From Escherichia coli (GTDB taxonomy: Bacteria; Pseudomonadota; Gammaproteobacteria; Enterobacterales; Enterobacteriaceae), in assembly GCF_024700885.2 (NCBI RefSeq), contig NZ_CP117016.1: 64,000 bases of DNA. One strand, given 5' to 3'. Position numbers and translations under genes: made by a program. Below, in pieces: positions 46,637-57,483 of the stretch (position 1 is the first letter of the stretch; each line of letters opens with the position of its first letter). The notes beneath the pieces were generated by a model that was not told where the DNA came from, searched no databases, and saw only the letters and a list, made by a program, of their open reading frames with translations.

Positions 46637-47415
46637 CAGTACACCTTCCCAAGCGCCAGCCCCAGCGCGATGGCAAAGTCTCCACCAGGCGGCGGTAGCG
46701 GCGGCTGACGAACAGAAACGGCCTCCCAGGGGTCAAATCCGCCTTCGCCACATAGCGCGACGCTTTCGGGATCAACGCATAACGCTGCCGCCAGCTCCTT
46801 CGCGCTAGTCATCCCCACCGCCAGTTTGCGCCCCCAGCTATAGCGCGTCGCCCACAGCCACTGTTCGTTATCACGCCAGGCCAGACATTGCTGATGAGAA
46901 GGTAAAAAAGGCAGGAATCGCTGTAATGCACTGGCATCCGGGGTGATCGCGCTAACATGAACACGCAACCTTTCTGCCAGAGTAAGCAGCGTTGCCAGCT
47001 CTTTGCTTTGCGCGGCAGTCACGTTATAGGCGGGACTGAGTGAGTCTTCGCTGTAATCGAAGCGCAGGGAGTCCGGATCCATATCCAGCTCGCGGGCCAT
47101 CGTCCCGGACAGCCAGGCCGTTTGCTCCCGCTCACCAAGGGACATCGACGGGCGTGGAAATGACCGCTGTAATGTGCGACTGGCGGGAAATGCCAACATG
47201 ATGTGATGACGCTGCGGCAGTTCGCGACTCCACGGTAACAACGTGTTAGCCAGCCGCTGCGCATCAACAATCCGCCCATCTTTGATAATGTCGTGCGCCA
47301 GCGGCAACCGCCACCAGCGTTGCAAAAAGCATTCTTTTGCGCCCCGCACGATAGCAACCGCTACCGCTTCTTGCTGTTGTAAATGCAAACCTATTTGCCA
47401 GCTCTTAAATGCCAT
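46636..47415 (-). CDS. hofM: HofM (PilM-like), 259 aa
   Basis: ORF track 46636..47442; the internal ATG (MAFKSWQIGLHLQQ...) gives 259 aa. Confidence 0.85.
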   Translation of the reverse strand: MAFKSWQIGLHLQQQEAVAVAIVRGAKECFLQRWWRLPLAHDIIKDGRIVDAQRLANTLLPWSRELPQRHHIMLAFPASRTLQRSFPRPSMSLGEREQTAWLSGTMARELDMDPDSLRFDYSEDSLSPAYNVTAAQSKELATLLTLAERLRVHVSAITPDASALQRFLPFLPSHQQCLAWRDNEQWLWATRYSWGRKLAVGMTSAKELAAALCVDPESVALCGEGGFDPWEAVSVRQPPLPPPGGDFAIALGLALGKVY

Positions 47416-47534
47416 TGTGATGATCTCCTTATCACCCGTCACTCTGACGGGTATATCAATGCGTCTGGCTTGCCTTTATACTACCGCGCGTTTGTTTATA
47501 AACTGCCCAAATGAAACTAAATGGGAAATTTCCA

Positions 47535-50087
47535 GTGAAGTTCGTAAAGTATTTTTTGATCCTTGCAGTCTGTTGCATTCTGCTGGGAGCAGGCTCGATT
47601 TATGGCCTATACCGCTACATCGAGCCACAACTGCCGGATGTGGCGACATTAAAAGATGTTCGCCTGCAAATTCCGATGCAGATTTACAGCGCCGATGGCG
47701 AGCTGATTGCTCAATACGGTGAGAAACGTCGTATTCCGGTTACGTTGGATCAAATCCCGCCGGAGATGGTGAAAGCCTTTATCGCGACGGAAGACAGCCG
47801 CTTCTACGAGCATCACGGCGTTGACCCGGTGGGGATCTTCCGTGCGGCAAGTGTGGCGCTGTTCTCCGGCCACGCGTCACAAGGGGCGAGTACCATTACC
47901 CAGCAGCTGGCGAGAAACTTCTTCCTCAGTCCAGAACGCACGCTGATGCGTAAGATTAAGGAAGTCTTCCTCGCGATTCGCATTGAACAGTTGCTGACGA
48001 AAGACGAGATCCTCGAGCTTTATCTGAACAAGATTTACCTCGGTTACCGCGCCTATGGTGTCGGTGCTGCGGCACAAGTCTATTTCGGTAAAACGGTCGA
48101 CCAACTGACGCTGAACGAAATGGCGGTGATAGCCGGGCTGCCGAAAGCGCCTTCCACCTTCAACCCGCTCTACTCGATGGATCGTGCCGTCGCGCGGCGT
48201 AACGTCGTACTGTCGCGGATGCTGGATGAAGGGTATATCACCCAACAACAGTTCGATCAGACACGCACTGAGGCGATTAACGCTAACTATCACGCGCCGG
48301 AGATTGCTTTCTCTGCGCCGTACCTGAGCGAAATGGTGCGCCAGGAGATGTATAACCGTTATGGCGAAAGTGCCTATGAAGACGGTTATCGCATTTACAC
48401 CACCATCACCCGCAAAGTACAGCAGGCCGCACAGCAGGCAGTACGTAATAACGTGCTGGACTACGACATGCGCCACGGCTATCGCGGCCCGGCAAATGTG
48501 CTGTGGAAAGTGGGCGAATCGGCGTGGGATAACAACAAGATTACCGATACGCTGAAGGCGCTGCCGACCTATGGTCCGCTGCTGCCTGCCGCAGTCACCA
48601 GCGCCAATCCTCAGGAAGCGACGGCGATGCTGGCGGACGGGTCGACCGTCGCATTGAGTATGGAAGGCGTTCGCTGGGCGCGTCCTTACCGTTCGGATAC
48701 TCAGCAGGGACCGACGCCGCGTAAAGTGACCGATGTTCTGCAAACGGGTCAGCAAATCTGGGTTCGTCAGGTTGGCGATGCATGGTGGCTGGCGCAAGTG
48801 CCGGAAGTGAACTCGGCGCTGGTGTCGATCAATCCGCAAAACGGTGCCGTTATGGCGCTGGTCGGTGGCTTTGATTTCAATCAGAGCAAGTTTAACCGCG
48901 CCACCCAGGCACTGCGTCAGGTAGGTTCCAACATCAAACCGTTCCTCTACACCGCGGCGATGGATAAAGGTCTGACGCTGGCAAGTATGTTGAACGATGT
49001 GCCAATTTCCCGCTGGGATGCAGGTGCCGGTTCTGACTGGCAGCCGAAGAACTCACCACCGCAGTATGCCGGTCCAATTCGCTTACGTCAGGGACTGGGC
49101 CAGTCGAAAAACGTGGTGATGGTACGCGCAATGCGGGCGATGGGCGTCGACTACGCTGCAGAATATCTGCAACGCTTCGGCTTCCCGGCGCAAAACATTG
49201 TCCACACCGAATCGCTGGCGCTGGGTTCAGCGTCCTTCACCCCAATGCAGGTGGCGCGTGGCTACGCGGTCATGGCGAACGGCGGCTTCCTGGTGGACCC
49301 GTGGTTTATCAGCAAAATTGAAAACGATCAGGGCGGCGTGATTTTCGAAGCGAAACCGAAAGTAGCCTGCCCGGAATGCGATATTCCGGTGATTTACGGT
49401 GATACGCAGAAATCGAACGTGCTGGAAAATAACGATGTTGAAGATGTCGCTATCTCCCGCGAGCAGCAGAATGTTTCTGTGCCAATGCCGCAGCTGGAGC
49501 AGGCAAATCAGGCGTTAGTCGCGAAGACTGGCGCGCAGGAGTACGCACCGCACGTCATCAACACTCCGCTGGCATTCCTGATTAAGAGTGCTTTGAACAC
49601 CAATATCTTTGGTGAGCCAGGCTGGCAGGGTACCGGCTGGCGTGCAGGTCGTGATTTGCAGCGTCGCGATATCGGCGGGAAAACCGGTACCACTAACAGT
49701 TCGAAAGATGCGTGGTTTTCGGGTTACGGTCCGGGCGTTGTGACCTCGGTCTGGATTGGCTTTGATGATCACCGTCGTAATCTCGGTCATACAACGGCTT
49801 CCGGAGCGATTAAAGATCAGATCTCAGGTTACGAAGGCGGTGCCAAGAGTGCCCAGCCTGCATGGGACGCTTATATGAAAGCCGTTCTTGAAGGTGTGCC
49901 GGAGCAGCCGCTGACGCCGCCGCCGGGTATTGTGACGGTGAATATCGATCGCAGCACCGGGCAGTTAGCTAATGGTGGCAACAGCCGCGAAGAGTATTTC
50001 ATCGAAGGTACGCAGCCGACACAACAGGCGGTGCACGAGGTGGGAACGACCATTATCGATAATGGCGAGGCACAGGAATTGTTCTGA
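47535..50087 (+). CDS. mrcA: Penicillin-binding protein 1A (MrcA / PBP1a), 850 aa, probable GTG start
   Basis: ORF track 47511..50087; the GTG at 47535 (VKFVKYFLILAVCC...) gives 850 aa; glycosyltransferase and transpeptidase motifs (e.g. SNIKPF-type region). Confidence 0.95.
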   Translation: MKFVKYFLILAVCCILLGAGSIYGLYRYIEPQLPDVATLKDVRLQIPMQIYSADGELIAQYGEKRRIPVTLDQIPPEMVKAFIATEDSRFYEHHGVDPVGIFRAASVALFSGHASQGASTITQQLARNFFLSPERTLMRKIKEVFLAIRIEQLLTKDEILELYLNKIYLGYRAYGVGAAAQVYFGKTVDQLTLNEMAVIAGLPKAPSTFNPLYSMDRAVARRNVVLSRMLDEGYITQQQFDQTRTEAINANYHAPEIAFSAPYLSEMVRQEMYNRYGESAYEDGYRIYTTITRKVQQAAQQAVRNNVLDYDMRHGYRGPANVLWKVGESAWDNNKITDTLKALPTYGPLLPAAVTSANPQEATAMLADGSTVALSMEGVRWARPYRSDTQQGPTPRKVTDVLQTGQQIWVRQVGDAWWLAQVPEVNSALVSINPQNGAVMALVGGFDFNQSKFNRATQALRQVGSNIKPFLYTAAMDKGLTLASMLNDVPISRWDAGAGSDWQPKNSPPQYAGPIRLRQGLGQSKNVVMVRAMRAMGVDYAAEYLQRFGFPAQNIVHTESLALGSASFTPMQVARGYAVMANGGFLVDPWFISKIENDQGGVIFEAKPKVACPECDIPVIYGDTQKSNVLENNDVEDVAISREQQNVSVPMPQLEQANQALVAKTGAQEYAPHVINTPLAFLIKSALNTNIFGEPGWQGTGWRAGRDLQRRDIGGKTGTTNSSKDAWFSGYGPGVVTSVWIGFDDHRRNLGHTTASGAIKDQISGYEGGAKSAQPAWDAYMKAVLEGVPEQPLTPPPGIVTVNIDRSTGQLANGGNSREEYFIEGTQPTQQAVHEVGTTIIDNGEAQELF

Positions 50088-50090
50088 TTA

Positions 50091-50117
50091 AAAAGGCGCT
50101 TCAGCGCCTTTTTCAGT
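50091..50117 (+). terminator. Rho-independent terminator of mrcA
   Basis: aaaaaggcgcttcagcgcctttttcag, 4 bp after the mrcA stop. Confidence 0.85.
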
Positions 50118-50254
50118 TTGCTGACAAAGTGCACTTTGTTTATACCGGATACGGCGTGAACACTTTACCCGTCTAGCAACATCTAGAAAAATCAATATAT
50201 TGCAGGAGCCACACAGGCCTGATAAGCGTTGTGCATCAGGCAAACTTCACGCAT

Positions 50255-50815
50255 TTACAACCGCCCCTGCCCCTTCAACCATTCGCGCACGAGGAACAGC
50301 GCGCTGACATTACGCGCTTCGTTGAAGTCAGGGTCTTCCAGCAAATCCATCATATGCGCCAGCGGCCAGCGCACCTGTGGTAGTGGCTCTGGCTCATCGC
50401 CTTCCAGCGATTCCGGGTAGAGATCTTGCGCTACCACGATATTCATTTTGCTGGAAAAGTAAGACGGTGCCATGCTGAGCTTCTTCAAAAAAGTCAGATC
50501 GTTCGCACCAAATCCCACCTCTTCTTTTAGCTCGCGGTTAGCGGCTTCGTAGACGCTTTCACCTGGATCAATTAATCCTTTCGAAAAACCTAATTCGTAG
50601 GATTCAGTTCCCACTGCGTATTCGCGGATCAGGATCAGGTGATCGTCCACAATCGGCACAATCATCACTGCTTCCCGGTTAGTTGGACGCATTCGTTCAT
50701 AAACACGCCGCACGCCATTGCTGAACTCCAGATCCACGCTTTCGACGGTAAACAGTCGGGAACGGGCTACAGTTTCAACATTCAGAATGGTGGGTTTTTG
50801 TAATGATTTACTCAT
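50255..50815 (-). CDS. nudE: ADP-compounds hydrolase NudE (Nudix), 186 aa
   Basis: Nudix box (GLIDPGESVYEAANRELKEEVG) in the translation. Confidence 0.95.
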   Translation of the reverse strand: MSKSLQKPTILNVETVARSRLFTVESVDLEFSNGVRRVYERMRPTNREAVMIVPIVDDHLILIREYAVGTESYELGFSKGLIDPGESVYEAANRELKEEVGFGANDLTFLKKLSMAPSYFSSKMNIVVAQDLYPESLEGDEPEPLPQVRWPLAHMMDLLEDPDFNEARNVSALFLVREWLKGQGRL

Positions 50816-51134
50816 CGTGGGATCTATGCTGTGAAATCAGCGGTTATTGTGCGATATAGGACACGCTTTCGGCAATGTGAATTGCATGTTATTTACATTT
50901 ATGTAACTTAATAAATAATCGTCCTCAAATCAAATTAAAAGTCAATAGGTTGAAATAACTCCAGGAATTTGCTGATATTCCGCCTTCAGAGGGTTTGCTA
51001 TGATCAGCGGTTACTGTGATGTGCTTAATGATGCTCAAGTTAAACTCCACGCTTGCCGATAGCCAACCGCAGAATCATGTATTGTGTCCGGTGCGACTGA
51101 CCACGCCTGACAGACTAAGTAAGATGGGGAAAGC

Positions 51135-53270
51135 ATGAGCACCATTGTGATTTTTTTAGCTGCTTTGCTGGCCTGCTCACTACTTGCGGGATGGCTGATA
51201 AAAGTGCGATCCAGACGGCGTCAGCTGCCCTGGACCAACGCCTTCGCGGATGCGCAAACGCGTAAACTCACACCTGAAGAACGTAGCGCCGTTGAAAATT
51301 ATCTTGAGAGCCTGACGCAGGTATTACAGGTGCCTGGCCCAACGGGAGCCAGCGCGGCACCGATCTCTCTGACGCTGAATGCCGAAAGCAACAACGTCAT
51401 GATGCTGACACACGCTATCACGCGTTACGGCATCTCTACCGACGATCCGAATAAATGGCGTTACTACCTCGATTCGGTAGAAGTCCACCTGCCCCCTTTC
51501 TGGGAGCAGTACATCAACGATGAGAATACCGTTGAACTGATTCATACCGATTCGCTGCCGCTGGTTATTTCACTCAACGGTCATACGCTGCAGGAGTACA
51601 TGCAGGAAACTCGCGGCTATGCCTTGCAACCTGTTCCGTCAACGCAGGCGTCGATTCGCGGGGAAGAGAGTGAGCAAATCGAGCTACTCAATATTCGCAA
51701 AGAAACGCACGAAGAGTATGCGCTAAGTCGTCCGCGCGGGCTGCGTGAAGCGTTGCTGATTGTCGCCTCATTCCTGATGTTCTTTTTCTGCCTGATTACC
51801 CCGGATGTATTTGTTCCGTGGCTGGCAGGCGGCGCGTTACTGCTGCTGGGCGCAGGTCTGTGGGGGCTATTCGCGCCCCCGGCAAAATCCTCCCTGCGGG
51901 AAATTCATTGTCTGCGCGGTACACCCCGTCGTTGGGGATTGTTTGGCGAAAACGATCAGGAACAGATCAACAATATTTCACTCGGTATTATCGACCTGGT
52001 CTACCCCGCACACTGGCAGCCATACATTGCTCAGGATCTCGGTCAACAAACCGATATCGATATCTATCTCGACCGCCACGTAGTGCGTCAGGGGCGATAT
52101 CTTTCGCTGCATGATGAAGTAAAAAACTTTCCGTTACAGCACTGGCTGCGCAGTACGATTATCGCTGCGGGCTCGCTACTGGTGCTGTTTATGCTGTTAT
52201 TCTGGATCCCGCTGGATATGCCGCTGAAATTCACCCTCTCGTGGATGAAAGGCGCGCAGACCATTGAAGCCACCAGCGTGAAACAACTGGCTGACGCTGG
52301 CGTGCGGGTTGGCGATACATTGCGTATTAGCGGTACGGGAATGTGTAATATTCGCACTTCCGGTACCTGGAGCGCGAAAACCAACTCACCTTTTTTACCG
52401 TTTGACTGCTCGCAGATCATCTGGAATGACGCCCGCTCATTGCCATTACCAGAATCTGAACTGGTCAACAAAGCGACGGCATTGACCGAAGCAGTTAATC
52501 GCCAGCTGCACCCTAAACCGGAAGATGAATCTCGCGTCAGCGCCTCATTACGTTCAGCAATTCAAAAATCCGGCATGGTATTGCTTGATGATTTTGGCGA
52601 CATAGTACTGAAGACAGCGGATCTGTGTTCTGCCAAAGATGACTGTGTGCGACTGAAAAATGCGCTGGTCAATCTCGGCAACAGTAAAGACTGGGACGCG
52701 CTGGTAAAACGCGCCAACGCTGGGAAACTCGATGGCGTGAATGTGTTATTACGCCCGGTGAGTGCGGAATCACTGGATAACCTGGTGGCAACCTCCACCG
52801 CGCCGTTTATCACGCATGAAACGGCGCGAGCGGCACAATCACTAAACAGTCCGGCTCCCGGTGGATTCCTGATTGTCAGCGACGAAGGCAGCGATTTTGT
52901 TGATCAGCCCTGGCCTTCGGCATCACTTTACGACTACCCGCCGCAAGAACAGTGGAACGCTTTCCAGAAACTGGCACAAATGCTGATGCATACACCGTTT
53001 AACGCCGAAGGTATCGTCACAAAAATCTTCACTGACGCCAATGGTACGCAGCATATAGGCCTTCATCCGATCCCGGATCGTTCCGGCTTGTGGCGCTATC
53101 TCAGCACCACACTGCTGCTACTGACGATGCTGGGTAGCGCCATTTATAATGGCGTACAGGCCTGGCGTCGTTACCAGCGTCATCGTACTCGCATGATGAA
53201 GATTCAGGCCTATTATGAAAGCTGCCTGAACCCACAACTGATCACCCCTTCAGAAAGCCTTATCGAATAA
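51135..53270 (+). CDS. igaA: IgaA / YrfF, inner-membrane negative regulator of the Rcs phosphorelay, 711 aa
   Basis: Translation MSTIVIFLAALLACSLLAGWLIK... matches remembered YrfF/IgaA. Confidence 0.93.
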   Translation: MSTIVIFLAALLACSLLAGWLIKVRSRRRQLPWTNAFADAQTRKLTPEERSAVENYLESLTQVLQVPGPTGASAAPISLTLNAESNNVMMLTHAITRYGISTDDPNKWRYYLDSVEVHLPPFWEQYINDENTVELIHTDSLPLVISLNGHTLQEYMQETRGYALQPVPSTQASIRGEESEQIELLNIRKETHEEYALSRPRGLREALLIVASFLMFFFCLITPDVFVPWLAGGALLLLGAGLWGLFAPPAKSSLREIHCLRGTPRRWGLFGENDQEQINNISLGIIDLVYPAHWQPYIAQDLGQQTDIDIYLDRHVVRQGRYLSLHDEVKNFPLQHWLRSTIIAAGSLLVLFMLLFWIPLDMPLKFTLSWMKGAQTIEATSVKQLADAGVRVGDTLRISGTGMCNIRTSGTWSAKTNSPFLPFDCSQIIWNDARSLPLPESELVNKATALTEAVNRQLHPKPEDESRVSASLRSAIQKSGMVLLDDFGDIVLKTADLCSAKDDCVRLKNALVNLGNSKDWDALVKRANAGKLDGVNVLLRPVSAESLDNLVATSTAPFITHETARAAQSLNSPAPGGFLIVSDEGSDFVDQPWPSASLYDYPPQEQWNAFQKLAQMLMHTPFNAEGIVTKIFTDANGTQHIGLHPIPDRSGLWRYLSTTLLLLTMLGSAIYNGVQAWRRYQRHRTRMMKIQAYYESCLNPQLITPSESLIE

Positions 53271-53334
53271 CACGTTTGCGCGGCAGGTTATGCTACCCTG
53301 TCGCGCAAATTGCTTCACTCTGGAGATTTCCCTC

Positions 53335-54003
53335 ATGCATATCAACATTGCCTGGCAGGACGTAGATACCGTTCTGCTGGATATGGACGGCACGTTGCTC
53401 GACCTCGCCTTCGATAATTATTTCTGGCAAAAGCTGGTGCCTGAAACATGGGGCGCGAAAAACGGGGTTACGCCACAGGAAGCGATGGAATATATGCGCC
53501 AGCAATATCACGACGTACAGCATACGCTAAACTGGTACTGTCTTGATTACTGGAGTGAGCAACTGGGTCTGGATATCTGTGCGATGACCACCGAGATGGG
53601 ACCGCGTGCCGTACTGCGTGAAGATACCATTCCGTTTCTTGAGGCACTGAAAGCCAGCGGTAAGCAGCGAATTTTGCTCACCAATGCTCATCCGCACAAC
53701 CTGGCGGTAAAACTTGAGCATACCGGTCTGGACGCACACCTTGATTTATTACTTTCCACCCACACATTTGGTTATCCGAAAGAGGATCAGCGGTTATGGC
53801 ATGCGGTGGCCGAAGCTACGGGACTGAAAGCTGAAAGAACGCTGTTTATTGATGACAGCGAAGCGATTCTCGATGCTGCCGCGCAATTTGGTATTCGTTA
53901 CTGCCTCGGCGTGACTAATCCTGACTCCGGGATTGCCGAGAAACAGTATCAACGCCATCCGTCACTGAATGACTACCGCCGCCTGATCCCCTCGCTAATG
54001 TGA
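53335..54003 (+). CDS. yrfG: GMP/IMP nucleotidase YrfG (HAD superfamily), 222 aa
   Basis: ORF track 53290..54003; the internal ATG (MHINIAWQDVDTVLLDMDGTLLD, HAD motif I) gives 222 aa. Confidence 0.9.
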   Translation: MHINIAWQDVDTVLLDMDGTLLDLAFDNYFWQKLVPETWGAKNGVTPQEAMEYMRQQYHDVQHTLNWYCLDYWSEQLGLDICAMTTEMGPRAVLREDTIPFLEALKASGKQRILLTNAHPHNLAVKLEHTGLDAHLDLLLSTHTFGYPKEDQRLWHAVAEATGLKAERTLFIDDSEAILDAAAQFGIRYCLGVTNPDSGIAEKQYQRHPSLNDYRRLIPSLM

Positions 54004-54013
54004 AGGAGACGCC

Positions 54014-54415
54014 ATGAAAGAAAAACCTGCTGTTGAGGTTCGACTGGATAAATGGCTATGGGCCGCCCGTTTTTATAAAACCCGCGCGCTGGCCCGTGAA
54101 ATGATTGAAGGCGGTAAGGTGCATTACAACGGGCAGCGCAGCAAGCCGAGCAAAATCGTCGAGCTGAATGCCACGCTCACTCTGCGCCAGGGAAATGACG
54201 AACGCACGGTGATTGTAAAGGCGATTACTGAACAGCGTCGCCCCGCCAGCGAGGCAGCCTTGCTGTATGAAGAGACTGCGGAAAGTGTAGAGAAACGCGA
54301 AAAAATGGCGCTGGCACGTAAACTTAATGCCTTAACCATGCCGCACCCGGACCGACGCCCGGACAAAAAAGAGCGCCGCGACCTGTTACGATTTAAACAC
54401 GGCGACAGTGAATAA
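54014..54415 (+). CDS. hslR: Heat-shock protein Hsp15 (HslR, S4-like RNA-binding), 133 aa
   Basis: Translation MKEKPAVEVRLDKWLWAARFYKTRALA... matches remembered HslR. Confidence 0.95.
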   Translation: MKEKPAVEVRLDKWLWAARFYKTRALAREMIEGGKVHYNGQRSKPSKIVELNATLTLRQGNDERTVIVKAITEQRRPASEAALLYEETAESVEKREKMALARKLNALTMPHPDRRPDKKERRDLLRFKHGDSE

Positions 54416-54439
54416 CTGTCACCTGCAAGAGAGATGATT

Positions 54440-55318
54440 ATGCCGCAACATGACCAATTACATCGCTATCTGTTTGAAAACTTTGCCGTGCGCGGCGAAC
54501 TGGTAACCGTTTCGGAAACCCTGCAACAGATCCTTGAGAATCACGATTATCCGCAGCCCGTTAAAAACGTACTGGCAGAACTGCTGGTTGCGACCAGCCT
54601 GTTAACCGCTACGCTGAAATTTGATGGTGATATCACCGTACAGCTGCAAGGCGACGGCCCGATGAATCTGGCAGTCATCAACGGTAACAACAACCAGCAG
54701 ATGCGCGGTGTGGCGCGCGTGCAGGGCGAAATTCCAGAAAATGCCGACCTGAAAACGCTGGTCGGCAATGGTTACGTGGTGATCACCATCACCCCGAGCG
54801 AAGGTGAACGCTATCAGGGCGTGGTGGGTCTGGAAGGTGATACCCTGGCGGCCTGCCTGGAAGATTACTTTATGCGTTCTGAACAGCTGCCGACGCGCCT
54901 GTTTATTCGCACCGGCGACGTAGACGGCAAACCGGCTGCAGGCGGTATGTTGTTGCAGGTAATGCCTGCGCAAAATGCCCAGCAGGACGACTTTGACCAC
55001 CTGGCGACGCTAACCGAAACCATCAAAACCGAAGAACTGCTGACCTTACCGGCAAACGAAGTGTTGTGGCGTTTGTATCACGAAGAAGAGGTGACGGTTT
55101 ACGATCCGCAGGATGTGGAGTTCAAATGCACCTGTTCGCGTGAACGTTGCGCCGACGCGCTAAAAACGCTGCCGGATGAAGAAGTCGATAGTATCCTGGC
55201 GGAAGATGGCGAAATTGACATGCATTGCGATTACTGCGGTAACCACTATCTGTTCAATGCGATGGATATTGCTGAAATCCGCAATAACGCCTCTCCGGCA
55301 GATCCGCAAGTTCATTAA
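54440..55318 (+). CDS. hslO: Redox-regulated chaperone Hsp33 (HslO), 292 aa
   Basis: C-terminal zinc-centre cysteines (CTCSRERC ... CDYCGNHY); start taken at [10 protein letters not shown]. Confidence 0.95.
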   Translation: MPQHDQLHRYLFENFAVRGELVTVSETLQQILENHDYPQPVKNVLAELLVATSLLTATLKFDGDITVQLQGDGPMNLAVINGNNNQQMRGVARVQGEIPENADLKTLVGNGYVVITITPSEGERYQGVVGLEGDTLAACLEDYFMRSEQLPTRLFIRTGDVDGKPAAGGMLLQVMPAQNAQQDDFDHLATLTETIKTEELLTLPANEVLWRLYHEEEVTVYDPQDVEFKCTCSRERCADALKTLPDEEVDSILAEDGEIDMHCDYCGNHYLFNAMDIAEIRNNASPADPQVH

Positions 55319-55325
55319 TGAGTAT

Positions 55326-55354
55326 ATCCGGCAGAGAGGGCTCTGCCGGATTTT
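55326..55354. terminator. Bidirectional terminator between convergent hslO and yhgE
   Basis: tccggcagagagggctctgccgga hairpin followed by tttt. Confidence 0.8.
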
Positions 55355-55380
55355 ACGACTAATACACCTGATGCGCTTTG

Positions 55381-57105
55381 TCACTCATTCAGATTCACAT
55401 CCAGCCTTTCACCATCCACTACAAGATCGCGCCACGCTTTAGGCTTCGTTCCCAGTTTTCCATCCTTCACAGCTGTGAGTAATTTTTCTTTCGTTATATC
55501 ACGCGGAAGTAAACTCATCGTAAGCTCTTGCCATTCTTTCTTGTCAGGATCAAAGCCATAGACAATGTATCTTTCATCATCAAAGGCAAAGAGGATCCGC
55601 TCTGCCCTGCCATCACTATTCAGATCTTGCTCGACCAGTACGCAGGCGTCTTTTTCAATACAGGTCATCACGTTATAGCGATCCTGGATTAAGGCCGACC
55701 AGAATGCCGTATCCGGTTTGCCAGAGCCTGGGGCAATTAACACATTTTCGGCTAATACTTTTTCCGATACCTGTTCATGAAGATGTTGCTCTCCATCTAG
55801 CGCCATCAGCAGATCCCGCGCACGTTTCGGGTCTTTCATATACTCGGCATCGCTTTTCAGCGACTCAAGCGCCGCACGTCCATAGCGACCGCTCTGTTCG
55901 AGCATATAGAGACTTACCTGGTCTGGCGTGTTTTTGCCGCTCTGATAACGCGCCATATGACTGTTCACGCTAATACGCATACTGTCCAGCACCGGCGAAT
56001 TAAGAAGCACCAGTATCACCAACACCAATAACGAAACCGCAAGGTTCACTTTGCCCTGAAGAACAAGGGGATTTTGCCCATTACGCCAGACGATGCTGAC
56101 AAAATACCCCAGCGACCACACCAGTAACACCAGCACCGCCAGCGCGCCCTGCAAGCGGTCGACAGTCCAGCCGTACTGAGCGACCCGCAGCCATAACGCC
56201 CAGGCGGCGACGAACACATACAGCGGAGCAACCAGCAAAGCGGTTTTAATCAGGCAACGCAACGGCCCTGTCCAGGGAAGTGACGCTTTTTGGGGATCGC
56301 GGACAATAGCCATTAAGATCAATTGCAAAAATGCCAGCGTCAACAGCAACCCGGCGGCGGAGATGTGGCGAGAAATCGCGCTCAGGCCCGTAAACGGCAG
56401 GGTGATAATAAACATCAGGGTTAGCAATGATACTAACGGCAGCAACCCCGTGGCGATTAACGTGAACAACTTTTGAATAGAGTCGATTAAACGTGACTGT
56501 GTACGCGCGAGGATCACCGCCAGTGCGGTAACCAGACCTAACGTGAGATAAATAAACCAGTCGGTTGCAAAAAAGAGCGTTTTGAAAAACGTGATGCCAA
56601 CAAGTTTAAACAACTCGCCCCACAGTAAAAGTACCAGCCATGTCAAGCCATTGGCAAGAAAAATCACCAGTAATATAAGTACGTTATGCCATACTGACTG
56701 GTAAAAATAGCGATAGCGGCTACTGTCATTGCGGATGCGAAGGCTTTGTTGTATCCACGGTAGCAACAACATTGCCATCAGCAGCAGATAGCAGCCAAAA
56801 TCCCAAAGCGCCTTTTCTGCTCTCCAGTGGTTCATGCCATCAATTTGCCACTTTAGCCAACCGCTCATCCCTAGCGTGGCAATAAACACCAGCGCCAGCC
56901 ATCCCCAAAGGCGCTGCTGTTTAAAGGAGATCACGGAGAAGAGTAAAACGGATGAAAACGCGACGGTCGCAGGCACGCCATAAACAATCCAACTGTGATT
57001 TTTTCCGGCAAGCCAGGCGATCAGCAGGTAGCAAACCAGACCCTGAAGTAATCCGGTAGCAATCATCCCCCAGCGTGTTGCGGGTGAAAGCTCAACGTTA
57101 TCCAT
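55381..57105 (-). CDS. yhgE: YhgE, polytopic inner-membrane protein of unknown function, 574 aa
   Basis: Multiple hydrophobic segments in the N-terminal two-thirds and a soluble C-terminal domain. Confidence 0.88.
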   Translation of the reverse strand: MDNVELSPATRWGMIATGLLQGLVCYLLIAWLAGKNHSWIVYGVPATVAFSSVLLFSVISFKQQRLWGWLALVFIATLGMSGWLKWQIDGMNHWRAEKALWDFGCYLLLMAMLLLPWIQQSLRIRNDSSRYRYFYQSVWHNVLILLVIFLANGLTWLVLLLWGELFKLVGITFFKTLFFATDWFIYLTLGLVTALAVILARTQSRLIDSIQKLFTLIATGLLPLVSLLTLMFIITLPFTGLSAISRHISAAGLLLTLAFLQLILMAIVRDPQKASLPWTGPLRCLIKTALLVAPLYVFVAAWALWLRVAQYGWTVDRLQGALAVLVLLVWSLGYFVSIVWRNGQNPLVLQGKVNLAVSLLVLVILVLLNSPVLDSMRISVNSHMARYQSGKNTPDQVSLYMLEQSGRYGRAALESLKSDAEYMKDPKRARDLLMALDGEQHLHEQVSEKVLAENVLIAPGSGKPDTAFWSALIQDRYNVMTCIEKDACVLVEQDLNSDGRAERILFAFDDERYIVYGFDPDKKEWQELTMSLLPRDITKEKLLTAVKDGKLGTKPKAWRDLVVDGERLDVNLNE

Positions 57106-57347
57106 GTTAGTTATCCAGAATCAAAAAGTGGGTTAATTATCGCATCCGGGCCGTAGTATTTTGCTTTTTTCAGAAAATAATCAAAAAAAGTTAGCGTGGT
57201 GAATCGATACTTTACCGATTGAATTTGCATCAATTTCATTCAGGAATGCGATTCCACTCACAATATTCCCGCCATATAAACCAAGATTTAACCTTTTGAG
57301 AACATTTTCCACACCTAAAATGCTATTTCTGCGATAATAGCAACCGT

Positions 57348-57368
57348 TTCGTGACAGGAATCACGGAG
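57348..57368. promoter_or_regulatory. CRP-site-like palindrome in the pckA upstream region
   Basis: ttcGTGAcaggaaTCACggag approximates TGTGA-N6-TCACA about 125 bp upstream of the pckA ATG; pckA is known to be catabolite-controlled. Confidence 0.5.
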
Positions 57369-57483
57369 TTTTTTGTCAAATATGAATTTCTCCAGATACG
57401 TAAATCTATGAGCCTTGTCGCGGTTAACACCCCCAAAAAGACTTTACTATTCAGGCAATACATATTGGCTAAGGAGCAGTGAA

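Noticed and set aside
47877-48839. 320-aa minus-strand ORF inside mrcA
   Set aside because: Antisense to PBP1a coding sequence; Arg-rich low-complexity translation.
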